DNA from: Octopus bimaculoides
Taxonomy: Eukaryota
Length of the DNA stretch: 64,000 nucleotides
Direction: 5' to 3'
Assembly: GCF_001194135.2 (NCBI RefSeq)
Contig: NC_068986.1
Location: forward strand, 30,287,091-30,351,090
Numbering within the stretch: position 1 is the first letter of the stretch; the number at the start of each line of letters is the position of its first letter. The position numbers and the translations under genes are program-made. Under the pieces are notes generated by a model. That model made no database searches, was not told the origin of the DNA, and saw nothing but the letters and a program-made list of their open reading frames with translations. Of this stretch, positions 12,762 through 24,720 are shown piece after piece.

Positions 12762-13130
12762 CTCTCTCTCTCTCTCTTCTACTTGTTTCAGTCATTTGAC
12801 TGTGGCCATGCTGGAGCACCGCCTTTAGTCGAGCAAATCGACCCCAGGACTTATTCTTTGTAAGCCTAGTACTTATTCTATCGGTCTCTTTTTGCCGAAC
12901 CGCTAAGTTAAGGGGATGTAAACACACCAGCATCGGTTGTCAAACGATGGGCGGGGGGACAAACACAAGATCTGAACTTTCAGTTTCCGTCTACCAAATC
13001 CACTCACAAGGCTTTGGTCGGCCCAAGGCTATAGTAGAAGACACTTGCCCATGGTGCCACGCAGTGGAACTGAACCCGGAACCATGTGGTTGATAAGCAA
13101 GCTACTTACCACACAGCCAGACCTGCGCCT
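12762..13130 (-). mobile_element. SINE family A, copy lacking the internal microsatellite
   Basis: Both halves are present, joined by TTCAGATCTTG (element orientation). Confidence 0.85.
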
Positions 13131-13155
13131 ATCTGCAAAAAAGTACACTCTACAG

Positions 13156-13449
13156 CAGTGGTTCCCATAGTTGGTGGTACCACCCCCACTGGGGGCAGTG
13201 GAAAAATCCAGGTGGGTGTTGAAGAAAAATGGGGCAATAAAGGGGGTGACCAAAATGGGGGTAATGGATGTAAAAGAAACAAACAAAATAAAGGTTTAAT
13301 TAGGCTAAGTTTTATTTGCGAAATACTGTTGTTTTGAATTTGCTGCAGAAAACGGTCTATGTCTGTGATGGTGAGTGGTGGTGGGGAGCAATAGGAATAT
13401 GGCCTTAGAACTATGGGAGCGGCAGCCTGGAAAAGTTTGGGAACCACAG
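13156..13449. mobile_element. hAT (Charlie/MER5-like) MITE, 294 bp
   Basis: TIRs CAGTGGTTCCCA ... TGGGAACCACAG (11/12). Flanking 8-mers CTCTACAG / CTATAAAG match 6/8 with central TA, like the hAT target consensus NTCTAGAN. Confidence 0.75.
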
Positions 13450-13490
13450 CTATAAAGCATAGTAATTATATAGTAATAATATATTGTTTA

Positions 13491-13730
13491 AGGAAGGTGG
13501 CAGGCTGGCAGAATCGTTAGCACACCAGGCGAAATGCTTAGCAGTATTTCATCTGCCGTTATGTTCTGAGTTCAAATTCTGCCGAGGTCGACTTTGCCTT
13601 TCATCCTTTCAGGGTCAATAAATTAAGTACCAGTTACGCACTGGGACCAATGTAATCGACTTAATCCCGTTGTCTGTCCTTGTTTGTCCCCTCTATGTTT
13701 AGATCCTTGTGGGCAATAAAGAAATAAGAA
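13491..13730 (+). mobile_element. SINE family C, full length
   Basis: Reverse complement of the 1137-1369 element. Confidence 0.85.
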
Positions 13731-14662
13731 AAAAGTGTATGCTATGTTATGAACATTTAGTTAACACTAAATGTTAATGATAGTTAACACTATAAACCAG
13801 CCATAACTTTCTTTATCTATCTATCTATCTATCTATCTTATCTATCCAAAAACGAAATATATATATTGATATATTGATGTATATTGAAGCACAAACATAA
13901 AAGCTATAAATGGTACCATGCGAATATCGGGTTGAAAAACTCCTTTGAATAGAATATGTTGAAGATTGCCCATGGGACTCAAACCTACATCTCCTGTAGA
14001 CATGACAAGTGTTCTAACATAGCACCAAAGCAATCCTAATTTCTTGAAACCATGAATCTACAAACACTTTCCACTTTACTAGAATGTAGGACAATTCAGA
14101 ATAACAAGACTAAAACATTAAAGATTCACAAACAAACATAACAGATATATATTCCCATCATCAGCTGCCAAATAGATATTATTACAGTTTTGACCCCTGG
14201 GCAATATATTGCCACATTCATTTAGTTTCGTTACATTAGAAATTAAAGCTGTTCTCAAAGGTTTTCTCAGTCGTGACTGACAAGTTTATACAACAATAAG
14301 AAAGTGGTGTTAAAAGGAAATTTAAATTTACTATCATGAAACCTCTTAGTTTTTCCTTTTAAATCTGGAAAATCTATCAAAACCTGGAAACACCTCTGCA
14401 CAGTTACAACACATAAGTCTTTCTGGCACAGACCTTTGAAGATAGGTTTACAGTCACGGATTATTTGTTTATGAGATAACTGTTTCAAGTTTTAGCGGTA
14501 GCTCAATTAGCAAAGCATCTAACCGGCAGGTGAATGTTATGATTTTAGCTGCACCTATTGGGTATTGTGTTTACTTAATAGATCACTTCTCACTTTGATT
14601 TCATTTGCATGTAATGTAAATAGGTATGTGTATATGTATCATTATCATTTAACATCCATGTT

Positions 14663-14742
<80 letters not shown>

Positions 14743-16721
14743 TACATGTATATATATACACATATATATATATATTTATAAAGATGTAGATATATCTTTT
14801 AGGTATGTAGTTGTTGTAGACTGATAATACAGTTCCCAGAAGGTTTCAGTTATTAAATAATATGGAGATGAGCTGGTATCTAGATGAAAAGTTTCTAAAG
14901 AAAACAAATCTAAATAGTAATTGAGTGATTCAACACCTTAGCCCCTTCTCTAGTCTAGCCTATTGCACTTGTATATACTATAAGAGTTTGTTTTTCTCAG
15001 TCAAGATAGGCTGCTATCTCAGAAAGCCTTACATAGCCATAATTACTTTACCCACATTGCAAAGCATGTTCATTCAGTATCTGCCAAGGAATCAGATTTG
15101 CATTTTCTTTTATCATGGTATGACAAAAGAGAAATCATGCTTCAGAGGAATGTTTAAACTTCAAAGAGATTTATTCAGCTTTTGATGACTTGATATATCA
15201 AAATAGAAGACAAGCCCTACTTTTGGCTCTATATTTATCGAAGGTAAGCTTTCCATTGACCTAAAAATACCATCCAATTAACTGATTGGCACGATGACAC
15301 TCACCAAAACACTCCCAAACTTTAACTCACAGACATGTTGTCTCTTCTCTATACCTCTGCTTCTGTAACTTCTGTTTTCATGTGTTCTCTTCTAGCCCTC
15401 ACTAACCACTATGTCCAGTATTTCCTTCCCATGATGGTTATCCCTCTAAAATTCCCTCCCCGTTCATGTCTTCCCTGTGATTAACTTGCATCTGTTCAAA
15501 ATGAATATTAACCATATCAAACTCACCAGTCTCTGAAGGCCTCTGATAGCCATAAGCACAGTCTCTTCCTCCAGACCAAATCAATAAAACAATTGTTCTT
15601 ACATATATCTTTTGGTGAGGGGTTTTAGCAGAGGTAAATATATGGGGATAGATATCACATCTGGAATTTCTAGATAAGTGATTTGAGTACAAGTCTTAAT
15701 CTTAGAGTTTTATATTTCATTAACTCACATGCCTATCAGATAAAGCTGGTGCAATATTTACTGCTGTAATTCCAACTATAATATACTAGATAATGTTGGT
15801 GATTATATTCTGTAAACATACATGGTTAAAAAGTAATCAACATATACACTCAAACTCCAGTAGTTAAAGATAGAATAGATGTATTAATTATATTTGGTTG
15901 AGCCTCACCCTCACTTCAAAGGAAGCATGGATCCACTTCTGACAAGAGTAGTCTGTACGAACTGATGCAGCTTCCTGTCCAAAGAAAATTTTTAAAAAAA
16001 CATCAAGTAGAGTAGCCATGTTGCCTCTCCTTGACCTGTTGGTAAGACAAGAAGTAAAGGAAGGGCAGGATGTACAGGATAATAATGGTGATAGTCGTAT
16101 AATGATTGTGGTGAAGATGTAAAAATACAACAGTAAATATCAGGAGAAACTAAAATTATAAAACTTGTTTGTGACATAAGTGTGCGTATGAGGGTCAAAG
16201 AATTAATGAGAATCTAGTCATTAATCTACATCATCTTTGTGGGCACGCATCACAGTATGAATTCCTGTGCTTTTAAGTTGCATGTCTATGTGTGTGGCGA
16301 GGATGGAGGGCATGGGATTTAGGAAAGGAACTGAACCACTAATAATGACGTTGTGCATTAGCTGTACAATGACTACTTAACATGTACTTCCCTCTTTTAC
16401 AGTCAACACCTAAATTTTAAATACACATCACTTGACATATCTATTCTTTATATAGAAACATTAAAGTTCTATTTTAGTTGAATTTATTAAGTCTATATTA
16501 CACTTTTATTGAGTTCAGTTATTGGACTGTTGCCTTGCACACTTCAACCAGGTTCAAGGGTTTTTAGTAGATTATATCACCTGTGCCCTCAGTAATTTTT
16601 AATTTTAGTACCAATTTTTTAATTAATCTGTATTTCTTAAATCTCTAAACTATAGGACTTAAAGGGAGACAGCATAAGCAACAATACTAATTTTTTTGAC
16701 TGACATAACTATAAACCATAG

Positions 16722-16850
16722 GTATGTTTGCATTCCGGGTTCAGTTCAACTGCGTGGCACCTTGGGCAAGTGTCTTCTATTATAGCCTCAGGCCGACCAA
16801 AGCCTTGTGAGTGGATTTGGTAGACGGAAACTGAAAGTTCAGATCTTGGG
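16722..16850 (+). mobile_element. SINE family A, 5' half
   Basis: GGGTTCAGTTCAACTGCGTGGCACCTTGGGCAAG...GGAAACTGAAAGTTCAGATCTTG. Confidence 0.8.
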
Positions 16851-16995
16851 AGTTTGATAAGTGTAAGACGCAAAACCAGTACGCCCAGTTTGTTATATAA
16901 TGTTGTAATTCAAATCTTTGTTCCATTATGATCTTAGTATTAGCATAAATTTTATTATACAAACCTCCTGTGCATTTTTACATATTTTTCTTTCT

Positions 16996-17053
<58 letters not shown>

Positions 17054-17342
17054 TATATATATGGCACAGGAGCCAGTCAGCGGGTACTGGCATCGGTCAC
17101 GATCGATTGGTGCTTTTTACATGTCACCAGCACTGGAGCCACTCAGTGAGTATCTGGCATTGATCACGTTTGGATGGTGCTTTTCATGTACCACCAGCAC
17201 AGGAGCCAGCCAGGGGGCACCAGCCCCAGCTACAATATTGGTTTCACTTGACTCAACAGGTCTTCTCGAGCATATCATATTGCCCAACACATCCGGAGTA
17301 TTCTTAACAGGGCTGGACGTGCATGGCTGCGATCTCACTTTA

Positions 17343-18293
17343 GTTGCCAGGGCAGAATCCTTAGCATGCCAGTAAAATGCTTAGCAGTATTTCATCTGTC
17401 TTCTGGTTCTATGTTCAAATGCCGCCGAGGTCGACTTTGCCTTTCATCTTTTCAGGGTTGATAAATTAAGTACCAGTGAAACACTAGGGTTGATGTAATT
17501 GACTATTCCCCTCCCCACAAAATTTCAGGGCTTATGCCTATAGTAAAAAGGATTATTATTATCATTATGACAGAATTGTTAGCATACTGGACAAAATGCT
17601 TGGCAATATTTCCACCATTTTTGCATTCTGAATTCAAATTCTGATGAGGTCACCTTTGCCTTTCATCCTTTCGGGGTCGATGAAATAAGTACCAGTTATG
17701 CACAGGGATCAATATAACCAACTAGCCCCCTCCCACAAAATTTAAGGCCTTGTGCCTTTAGTAGAAAGGATTATTGTTATTATTATTATTAGGTTTGTGG
17801 ATGGCAAAATTTATCAGTAGGGTACTGAACAAAATTCAGTTATGTACCTTTGCATCCTGATTTCAAATGCCACCCTCCCCCCATTTGATCTTACATTTTC
17901 AAAAGTAAAATAAGCACTGGTTCCGCGTTGGGAATTGATTCAATCATCCAATCAACTGCAGCACACCACTTCTGAATTTGGAGCCTGTTTGTCCATACCC
18001 CACAAAAACAAACAAAAAAAATCATGCCAGAAGGCAACTTGGCAGAGATGTTAGAGCATTGGATATAAGGCTTCAAAGTATTTGTTCTCTCTATACTCTG
18101 AGTTCGAATCCCATAGAGATTAACTGTGACTTTCATTCTTTTTAGGCCAATAAAAAAATACTTAACAATTCAATTCAGTGGGTTGACTGAACTGTAAGAC
18201 ATTTGGATCAGATACCTTGCATTATTTGTTCCATCTGTTTGCATTCTAAATTCAAATCCCACTATGGGCTATTCACATGATAAGCTTAATTCA
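17343..18293 (+). mobile_element. Cluster of four to five head-to-tail SINE family C copies
   Basis: The family signature recurs at about 17410, 17630, 17860, 18100 and 18245. Confidence 0.7.
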
Positions 18294-18579
18294 TCGTTTA
18301 CTCTTTTGCGCCCTTTTAAAGCCTAGCCAGGCTCATGGGCCTGGTTTCCAGCTGGACGGGACGCCAGTCCATCGCAGTGTTACTCAAGAAACAGGAAGAA
18401 AGAGTGAGAGAAAGTTGTGGTGAAAGAGTACAACAGAGGTCGCCACCACCCCCTGCTGGAGCCTCGTGGAGCTTTAGGTGTTTTCGCTCAATAAACACTC
18501 ACAACGCCCAGTCTGGGAATCGAAACCGCGATCCTCCGACGAGTCTGCTGCCCTAACCACTGGGCCATTGCACCTCCGC
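18294..18579 (-). mobile_element. SINE family B head with a different 3' module, 8-bp TSD
   Basis: The first ~190 nt match 54178, then it switches to CTGCGATGGACTGGCGTCCCGTCCAG...; TTAATTCA at 18286-93 and 18580-87. Confidence 0.85.
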
Positions 18580-19084
18580 TTAATTCACCTCATTTAATAT
18601 AGGCCTAACTTGGCATTTTGGGTACCTTTAGAAGAGACCACTCCATTGCAAGCTTTTGGACCAGATCTCCAGTTTGAGGGTACATGGCTCCCTCCAACCA
18701 GTTTCATATGCCCTGTAAAAACCTTATGCTTACTGCCTTTCTGCCAGACTATATTTTTCAGGTTTCACTCATTGGACTGTGGCCACCTTGAAAGGTTTAG
18801 CCAAACAAATCAACTTCAGTGCTTATTTTTTAAAGTCTGACACTTATTCTATCGAGCTCTTTTACCAGACCACTAAATTACTGGGGCATAAACAAACCAA
18901 CACTGGCTGTCAAGTGGTGGTGGGAGTGGGAAGGACAAACACACATGCCTATCTTTTATCTTTTCTTTTACTTGTTTCAGTCACTTGTCGATGTAAGAAA
19001 TAACTAGTAGAGAAGTAGGTGATGGAATTGGTAGAGTGCTGGACAAATTTCCTCTCTTATTTTAATTACATGTGTAGTGGCACG

Positions 19085-19200
19085 AAATTATGGCCGCCAT
19101 CACGGAAGTACAATCTACGCATGCGCAAGGGACTTGCCTTCCCGGAAGCCCCTCGAGTGCGCATGCATAGTAAAAGCAGTACTTAAAGCGCTTCGCGCGT
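19085..19200 (-). promoter_or_regulatory. CpG-rich promoter-like cluster: YY1-like, two NRF1-like and two ETS-like motifs
   Basis: Motifs read directly: ATGGCCGCCAT (19090-19100; ATGGCGGCC on the minus strand), ACGGAAGT, CGCATGCGCA, CCGGAAG and TGCGCATGCA, all within about 85 bp, in a background that looks CpG-poor. Confidence 0.55.
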
Positions 19201-19492
19201 TTTCTAAGCTTCTTTAGCACGATGCCTTCGATGTGACAACAACTTGCTCCTCTGCGATGCCTCAACGAAGCTCTTAATTTCCAGATGCTGATTACAAGTT
19301 AACCAGCGGCTACCAGGCTGAATTATACAGGTTTTGTAAAACTAAGCATCACCAAATAAAACTTATTTTATTATGTTGTTAATTGTTCACACCTTCGTTT
19401 GTTCTACTGTTTCCAGATATATATCTTTGTTGAAAGGTGATAGAGAGAGACTAATGTCTCAATGTTGCTATCAACCTTTTACACGTGTAAAA

Positions 19493-20030
19493 GTACATGG
19501 CCTAGTGGTTAGGGTGTTGCAACTCACAATCATTAGGTCATAGTTTCGATTCCCAGACTTGGTGGTGTGTCTGTGTTCTTGAACAAAATACTTCATTTCA
19601 TGTTGTTCCAGTTCACTCACCTGTAAATGAGTTTCAATAGCTGAGAAGTTAACCCTATAAAATGGACAAGTATTCTGTTCAGTGGGGTGGGGAGCATTGT
19701 AATCTTAGTCACCTATAGGCCATGAAACCAGGTTCAGCTCTGACCATATGAGTATTAAGGTTCATGACAGACCTATTTACAAGGCCTATGGAGGTGTGTG
19801 GCTTAGTGGTTAAGGGTACTGGACTCATGATTGTAAGATCGTGGTTTCAATTCCTGGACCAGGTGACACGTGGTCTTGAGCAAATAATTTCATTTCACAT
19901 TATTGGTAAAAATGAGTCATCTTGCGACAGACTGGCGTCCCATCCAGCAGGGAATGTATACACCCGAGAAACTGGGAAACCAGTCCTGTGTGTCTGTATG
20001 ACTCAGAAAGGACCTTTATCCTTATCCTTA
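19493..20030 (+). mobile_element. Two tandem CORE-SINE-like elements (about 19493-19760 and 19789-20030); related copies near 43265 and 61375
   Basis: tRNA-like head (TGGCCTAGTGGTTAG...TTCGATTCC), then TGTGTTCTTGAACAAAATACTTCATTTCA..CCAGTTCACTCACCTGTAAATGAGT, which resembles the CORE domain as I recall it. Confidence 0.6.
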
Positions 20031-20499
20031 ATAACACCCCTTATAAAATTGACAAAATAAATACCAGTCGGTTGATACAATCGAGGTACCTCTCCCTAAT
20101 GTTTGCGACCCATTAGAAATTATTATGCTGGGAAAAAACAATTTAATATTAGGCAAAAAACATGATCAATGTTCCCTAATTTTTTATATATTCTTATTCC
20201 GCTATTTCGCTACAACTGGGACAACACAAAGTTTCCTTGTTGTTTTTTAACCCCAGGTCAATATTGATCAAGATGTACCATGATTAAGAGCATTCTAGTT
20301 GTGACCATCCTATCTATTTTTTCTCTTTTTTTTTTTTTCATGCATTGTGTATCCGGGACAACATTATAAAATGTGTACTTTGTGTGTACGACGATGGAAT
20401 GTAATTTGGTGAGTGTTGGCTGTTATTTCTAGCAGGCCGAACGGCCACGTAGAGGATCCAGCTGTTTAGGGAATGTATACAACTATACACACACACACA

Positions 20500-23450
20500 C
20501 ATCATGATGGCGACGGTGGCGGCAGCACCAGTAGTAGTTGTAGATGTTGTTATTGTGATAAAAAAACAAACCATACCACGATTTTAAAAGTAAGCGTCCC
20601 CTTCGCTTACGTAGATGAAATTATCCAGTCGTATAACACTTCATATTGATTGACGAGTCCATTTAAAGAGAGGAGGGGAGCGGCTACAAATTGTTTACTA
20701 CCTCCCTTCTCTGCAAACGACAACAGTATGGCTGCTCTCTGGAGGTGTTTCTATTTCGGAAGTGCATCTTAATAAAAAGGAAATACAGTAAAGCAGAATA
20801 GTATAACACAACCAGGAATATCCCTACGCATGTAACCTGTCTTCCACTGAATAATGTCCTTAACATGGCTAGCAGACAGCCGACTTGACATGTAAGCGAA
20901 GTAGCTGGCTGAGAGAGAGAAAAAGAGAAAGAAAGAGTGTGTGTGTGTTTGTGGGGGAAATGCTTATATTATTTAGAACTACCATATTTACACACATTAC
21001 TATTTATTCAGCTCATTGAAAAATGACTTCTTACAGTAAGTTGATTTTTATCTTCCCGTGTCTTTTCTTGCTTTCGTTTTCACCATGTCCTCGTGTTAAA
21101 CAGAAGAATTACGTGGATCCACTGTTTTAATTTGTCCTTACCACGTTTCTGTTTTCTCACCGAGATGAGTCATTTTTAGAAATTTTCTTATATATATATG
21201 TTTATTATTATTATTATTTCGGACACGTTCGCCTGTGTTTTTTTATTACTTATTTCGTTTGGCAATTTACTTATTTTTTCCTACTGGAAAAAATATGTCA
21301 TGAAAAAAAAAAAACTAATTTTTTTTTTCTTGTGTATGTTGTTTTTAATGTTTATTTATATTCCGCGATTTACGTAACTTCTCTCCACGTTCTATCTTTG
21401 TCCTGTATAATTTCTACTCCCTGCATTCGTATTTTGTCCATAAAAAAATCGCTGTTCTTAATCTCTTGACACGCACTTTGCTACCGCTGCTCTACGTATC
21501 ACTGGCTATTTTATTGAACGTGCCGCGACTGACATAACCTGCGCAACTTGAAGACTGTTTTTTTTTTTTTTCGGGCAAAAAACTTTCAGTGTTTTTTTGT
21601 TTTTTTTGTAACTTCATAAATAGATATAATCTTTACGGTGTATAAACGAAATAAATTCATAGAAGTTAAAAAAAAATACTGCCTGCCGACAAATATAGTT
21701 AGAAAGAAATGAAGTAAAAGTGAAACAATTTTTATCATTTAAAAAATTATTTCTAAACTACACTAAAAAGAAATTGTCTTGACGTTTGTGTGTGTGTGGA
21801 AATAATTCACAGATTGTCTATTATTATTATTATTACATCTCATTCCTTTTACATACATCATTACGTTCTTGGAGTAGACCAGAAAATGCAATTGTATTTA
21901 GATAGAAAATAATAGCCACTGTTAAACTTCACTTTTTGTGTTGAAAAAGAAAAATCATTAATAATAACCTCCTATTTAACACTTTTAATGTATTTTTCTC
22001 TGTTGTCACTATTCACTTGAGTAGTTTGTAATAACAACCAACAACCTACGGCGATCTTTCAACCCACCTATATAATCACGCGTTAAATGTAGTATTTAAG
22101 CTTAGTGGAGTATATAGTATTGATCAGTCCATACATTAATAGTAGATGTGAGAGGGGCTTTCCTCGCCACGTTCAGATCTTTGTTTACTTTTTCGTTTTA
22201 CTCCGTTTTATTTATTTATTTTATCAAAATGAGGGAATGGAAGCGAATGACATTTCCTCCATGCAGCAGAATTCGATGTTTTTCTTCATAATTGGAATGA
22301 TTAAGAAAGTTTTTCATTTTTTTATTCAATTACCGTTTAAAAATTAATAGAATTATAGTCGGGTTTATAGACACACACACACCATAAGTTTTGTCTGTAT
22401 GTTTTTATTGTTAGCCGTATACGTTAATTCAATTATTTTGGCTGATGAATAAAATAATGAATAGAAACAATTGTTTTGTTTGATAAGCTGTCGAGTTGGA
22501 ACTTTTCAAGTTTGTGTAGCGTTTTAAGAAGAGGTGGGGCTGCCAAGAGTCATGTCACCTAAAACATATGATAGCTATTTATGTAGACAGATTTCTCTCG
22601 GAAGACGCCGCCCAACTTTCCTATTTTCACATAACCCGTGCTTTTTGCTAATTGTTTTGAGGAAATAAAGAAGGAATGAGTGTCCGGTAATTGCTCCAAC
22701 TCAACTGTCTCTTTTTCTCCATTGAAAGCTTACAATTATTTTTATATACATATATTTTTTTTATTCAACTCCTACTCACATATTTTCAAAATGACATGTG
22801 TGTGTCTGAAGTATTTCTGCCCATCTGAAATATTTCCATGGTTTTATTCACGTTTAAGATTTTTATTCGGCTCTTCCTTATTAGTACGTCATTTTCATTT
22901 AGAAGCCACATTTAACGAGATGAACCGTCAGTTGGTCAAAAGTCTACATTTTAATATCTACTCTCGACATAAGTTTTATAGAAGTTGTATATTTTTTTAT
23001 AGGTTGTAAACTTTTTTTTTAATAAGTTGTTTTAATTGTAAATTAAGACGTAAGTTATTAACCTGTACTTGTTTGAAAAGTTATTTCATCAGAGATGGTA
23101 AAAATGATTACATCGTGGCTATGTTACATTATTAATCATTTAAAATGCACATTTTAAACGCACATTTACGTTGTTATCTTCGTTTCTGTTTTATTATTTT
23201 GTGATATCATTATCAGTCTTTCATTGTCCATCAACGACCTGGTCACTGATATTTTGATATAAAATGTTATTATTAAATGAAATGTGTTCTATAACTCAAA
23301 GAATTCGTTACTCGAAATAACTAGCATACAAAAATAGTTGTCGTATTGGATCTACCACATTCCAAACGTGGTATCACCGGGATTCCGCCTCTTTTTAGTC
23401 AGCATCATAGACAACTAAACAAATACGTTATGTGATACATAAGTCTCTTC
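20500..23450 (+). promoter_or_regulatory. CpG-retaining zone, candidate DLGAP promoter / first exon / start of intron 1
   Basis: Visibly higher CG density and few SINEs relative to the flanks. Donor-like sites at 20892 (GTAAGC) and 21036 (GTAAGT), followed by T-rich intron-like sequence. CpG counts were not computed. Confidence 0.5.
21023..21035 (+). CDS. DLGAP: Candidate first coding exon segment of the DLGAP gene (M-T-S-Y + 1 nt)
   Basis: aaaATGACTTCTTACA|GTAAGT has A at -3 and a perfect donor at 21036. The phase-1 end joins exon 42086 in frame (A+GT=Ser, MTSYSSEGTF). It lies in a CpG-rich zone. No transcript evidence. Confidence 0.35.
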
Positions 23451-24059
23451 TAGTTTTTGATCAGTCAAACCCTATCTGACATTTGTTTCTCATTGATTCC
23501 CATGAAAGGAAATGTAAGATTAACGATAAGCAAGAGTAGTGGTCCTTAGGGGGTTTCAGTGTTTAGCCTGTCTCGAAATATTCTAACCGGTACCACTCAG
23601 TTGTATGACCATACATTTAGAATAAATATATCATGGCTCCATCACTATAACTGTTAAGACAGTTGGCATGGCTGTCCTTTAGTAAACAATTACATTCTGT
23701 AGTAAAGAGTCAGTCAGTTCCATTCAGCAGCTCGGATTTCATTTTTTTTCAAAGTCTGAATAGAATTTAAATTCTATGAAAATTCATGCATGTCAGTTAC
23801 TCCTTTAGACTGTCTTTGTTTTACATAATTTCGAAAATAAGGAAGAATCCAATAAAATATCTTTCTCATTGTTAAGCTGATGTTTTGAAACATAAATTAA
23901 CCCAGAATTTTGAGGGAAGATTTTAATTTGAATCACTTTAAAACTAGAATATTGTATCTTAAAGCCGGGGATGTTTTCAGACAGGTTGGTATCAAAATAA
24001 TTAAGTATCTTACTCATAAGTTGACCAATGTCGTTTTAAATAATAATGATAATTCTTTC

Positions 24060-24720
24060 TATTAGCTGAAGGCCTGAAATTTTTGGTGAGGGGGGGTTAG
24101 TAGATTACATTGACCCCAGTGCTCAACTGGAACTGTTTCCATTAATACTCTGCCCCCCTCAAGAATGAAAGACAATCAACCGTGGCAGCATTTGAACTCA
24201 GAACATTGATAGATGAAATGCTACTAAGAATTTTTGTCTGACATGCAAATGTTCTGCCAACTTGTCTCAATAATTATAATACTCATTAACCCTTTCGATA
24301 TCAACCCAGCTGAAACCGCCTCTGGCTCTATAGTACAAATGTCTTGTTTTCGTCAGTTTTGAATTAAAATCTTCCACCAAACCTTTGTCGCAATTTATGT
24401 TCCTAACACCAGCTTAATGATAACTAAGTTATTTTACCAAATTCTTTGTTACATTTAAAATTAATTGAAAGAAACACAGAGCATCTCAAAATAAATATGG
24501 TAACAAAAGGGTTAAGATGGCAAGCTGGCAGAAACGTTAGCATGCCGGGCAAAATGTTTAGCAGCATTTCATCCATCTTTACATTGAGTTCAAATTCCTC
24601 CAAGGTCAACTTCGCCTTTCATTCTTTCAGGATCAATAAAATAAATACAAATTAAACACTGGGGTTGACATAATCGATGTCACCCTCTAAAATTTCAGGG
24701 CTTGTGCCAAAATTTGAAAT
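24060..24720. mobile_element. Two SINE family C copies (minus about 24060-24265, plus about 24518-24720) flanking the piggyBac MITE
   Basis: Family signature on opposite strands. Further copies lie at about 11915, 30670, 48296 and 61825. Confidence 0.7.
24290..24511. mobile_element. piggyBac-type MITE, 222 bp
   Basis: TTAA|CCCTTTCGATATC ... GGTAACAAAAGGG|TTAA; TIR match 10/13; TTAA TSD. Confidence 0.75.
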
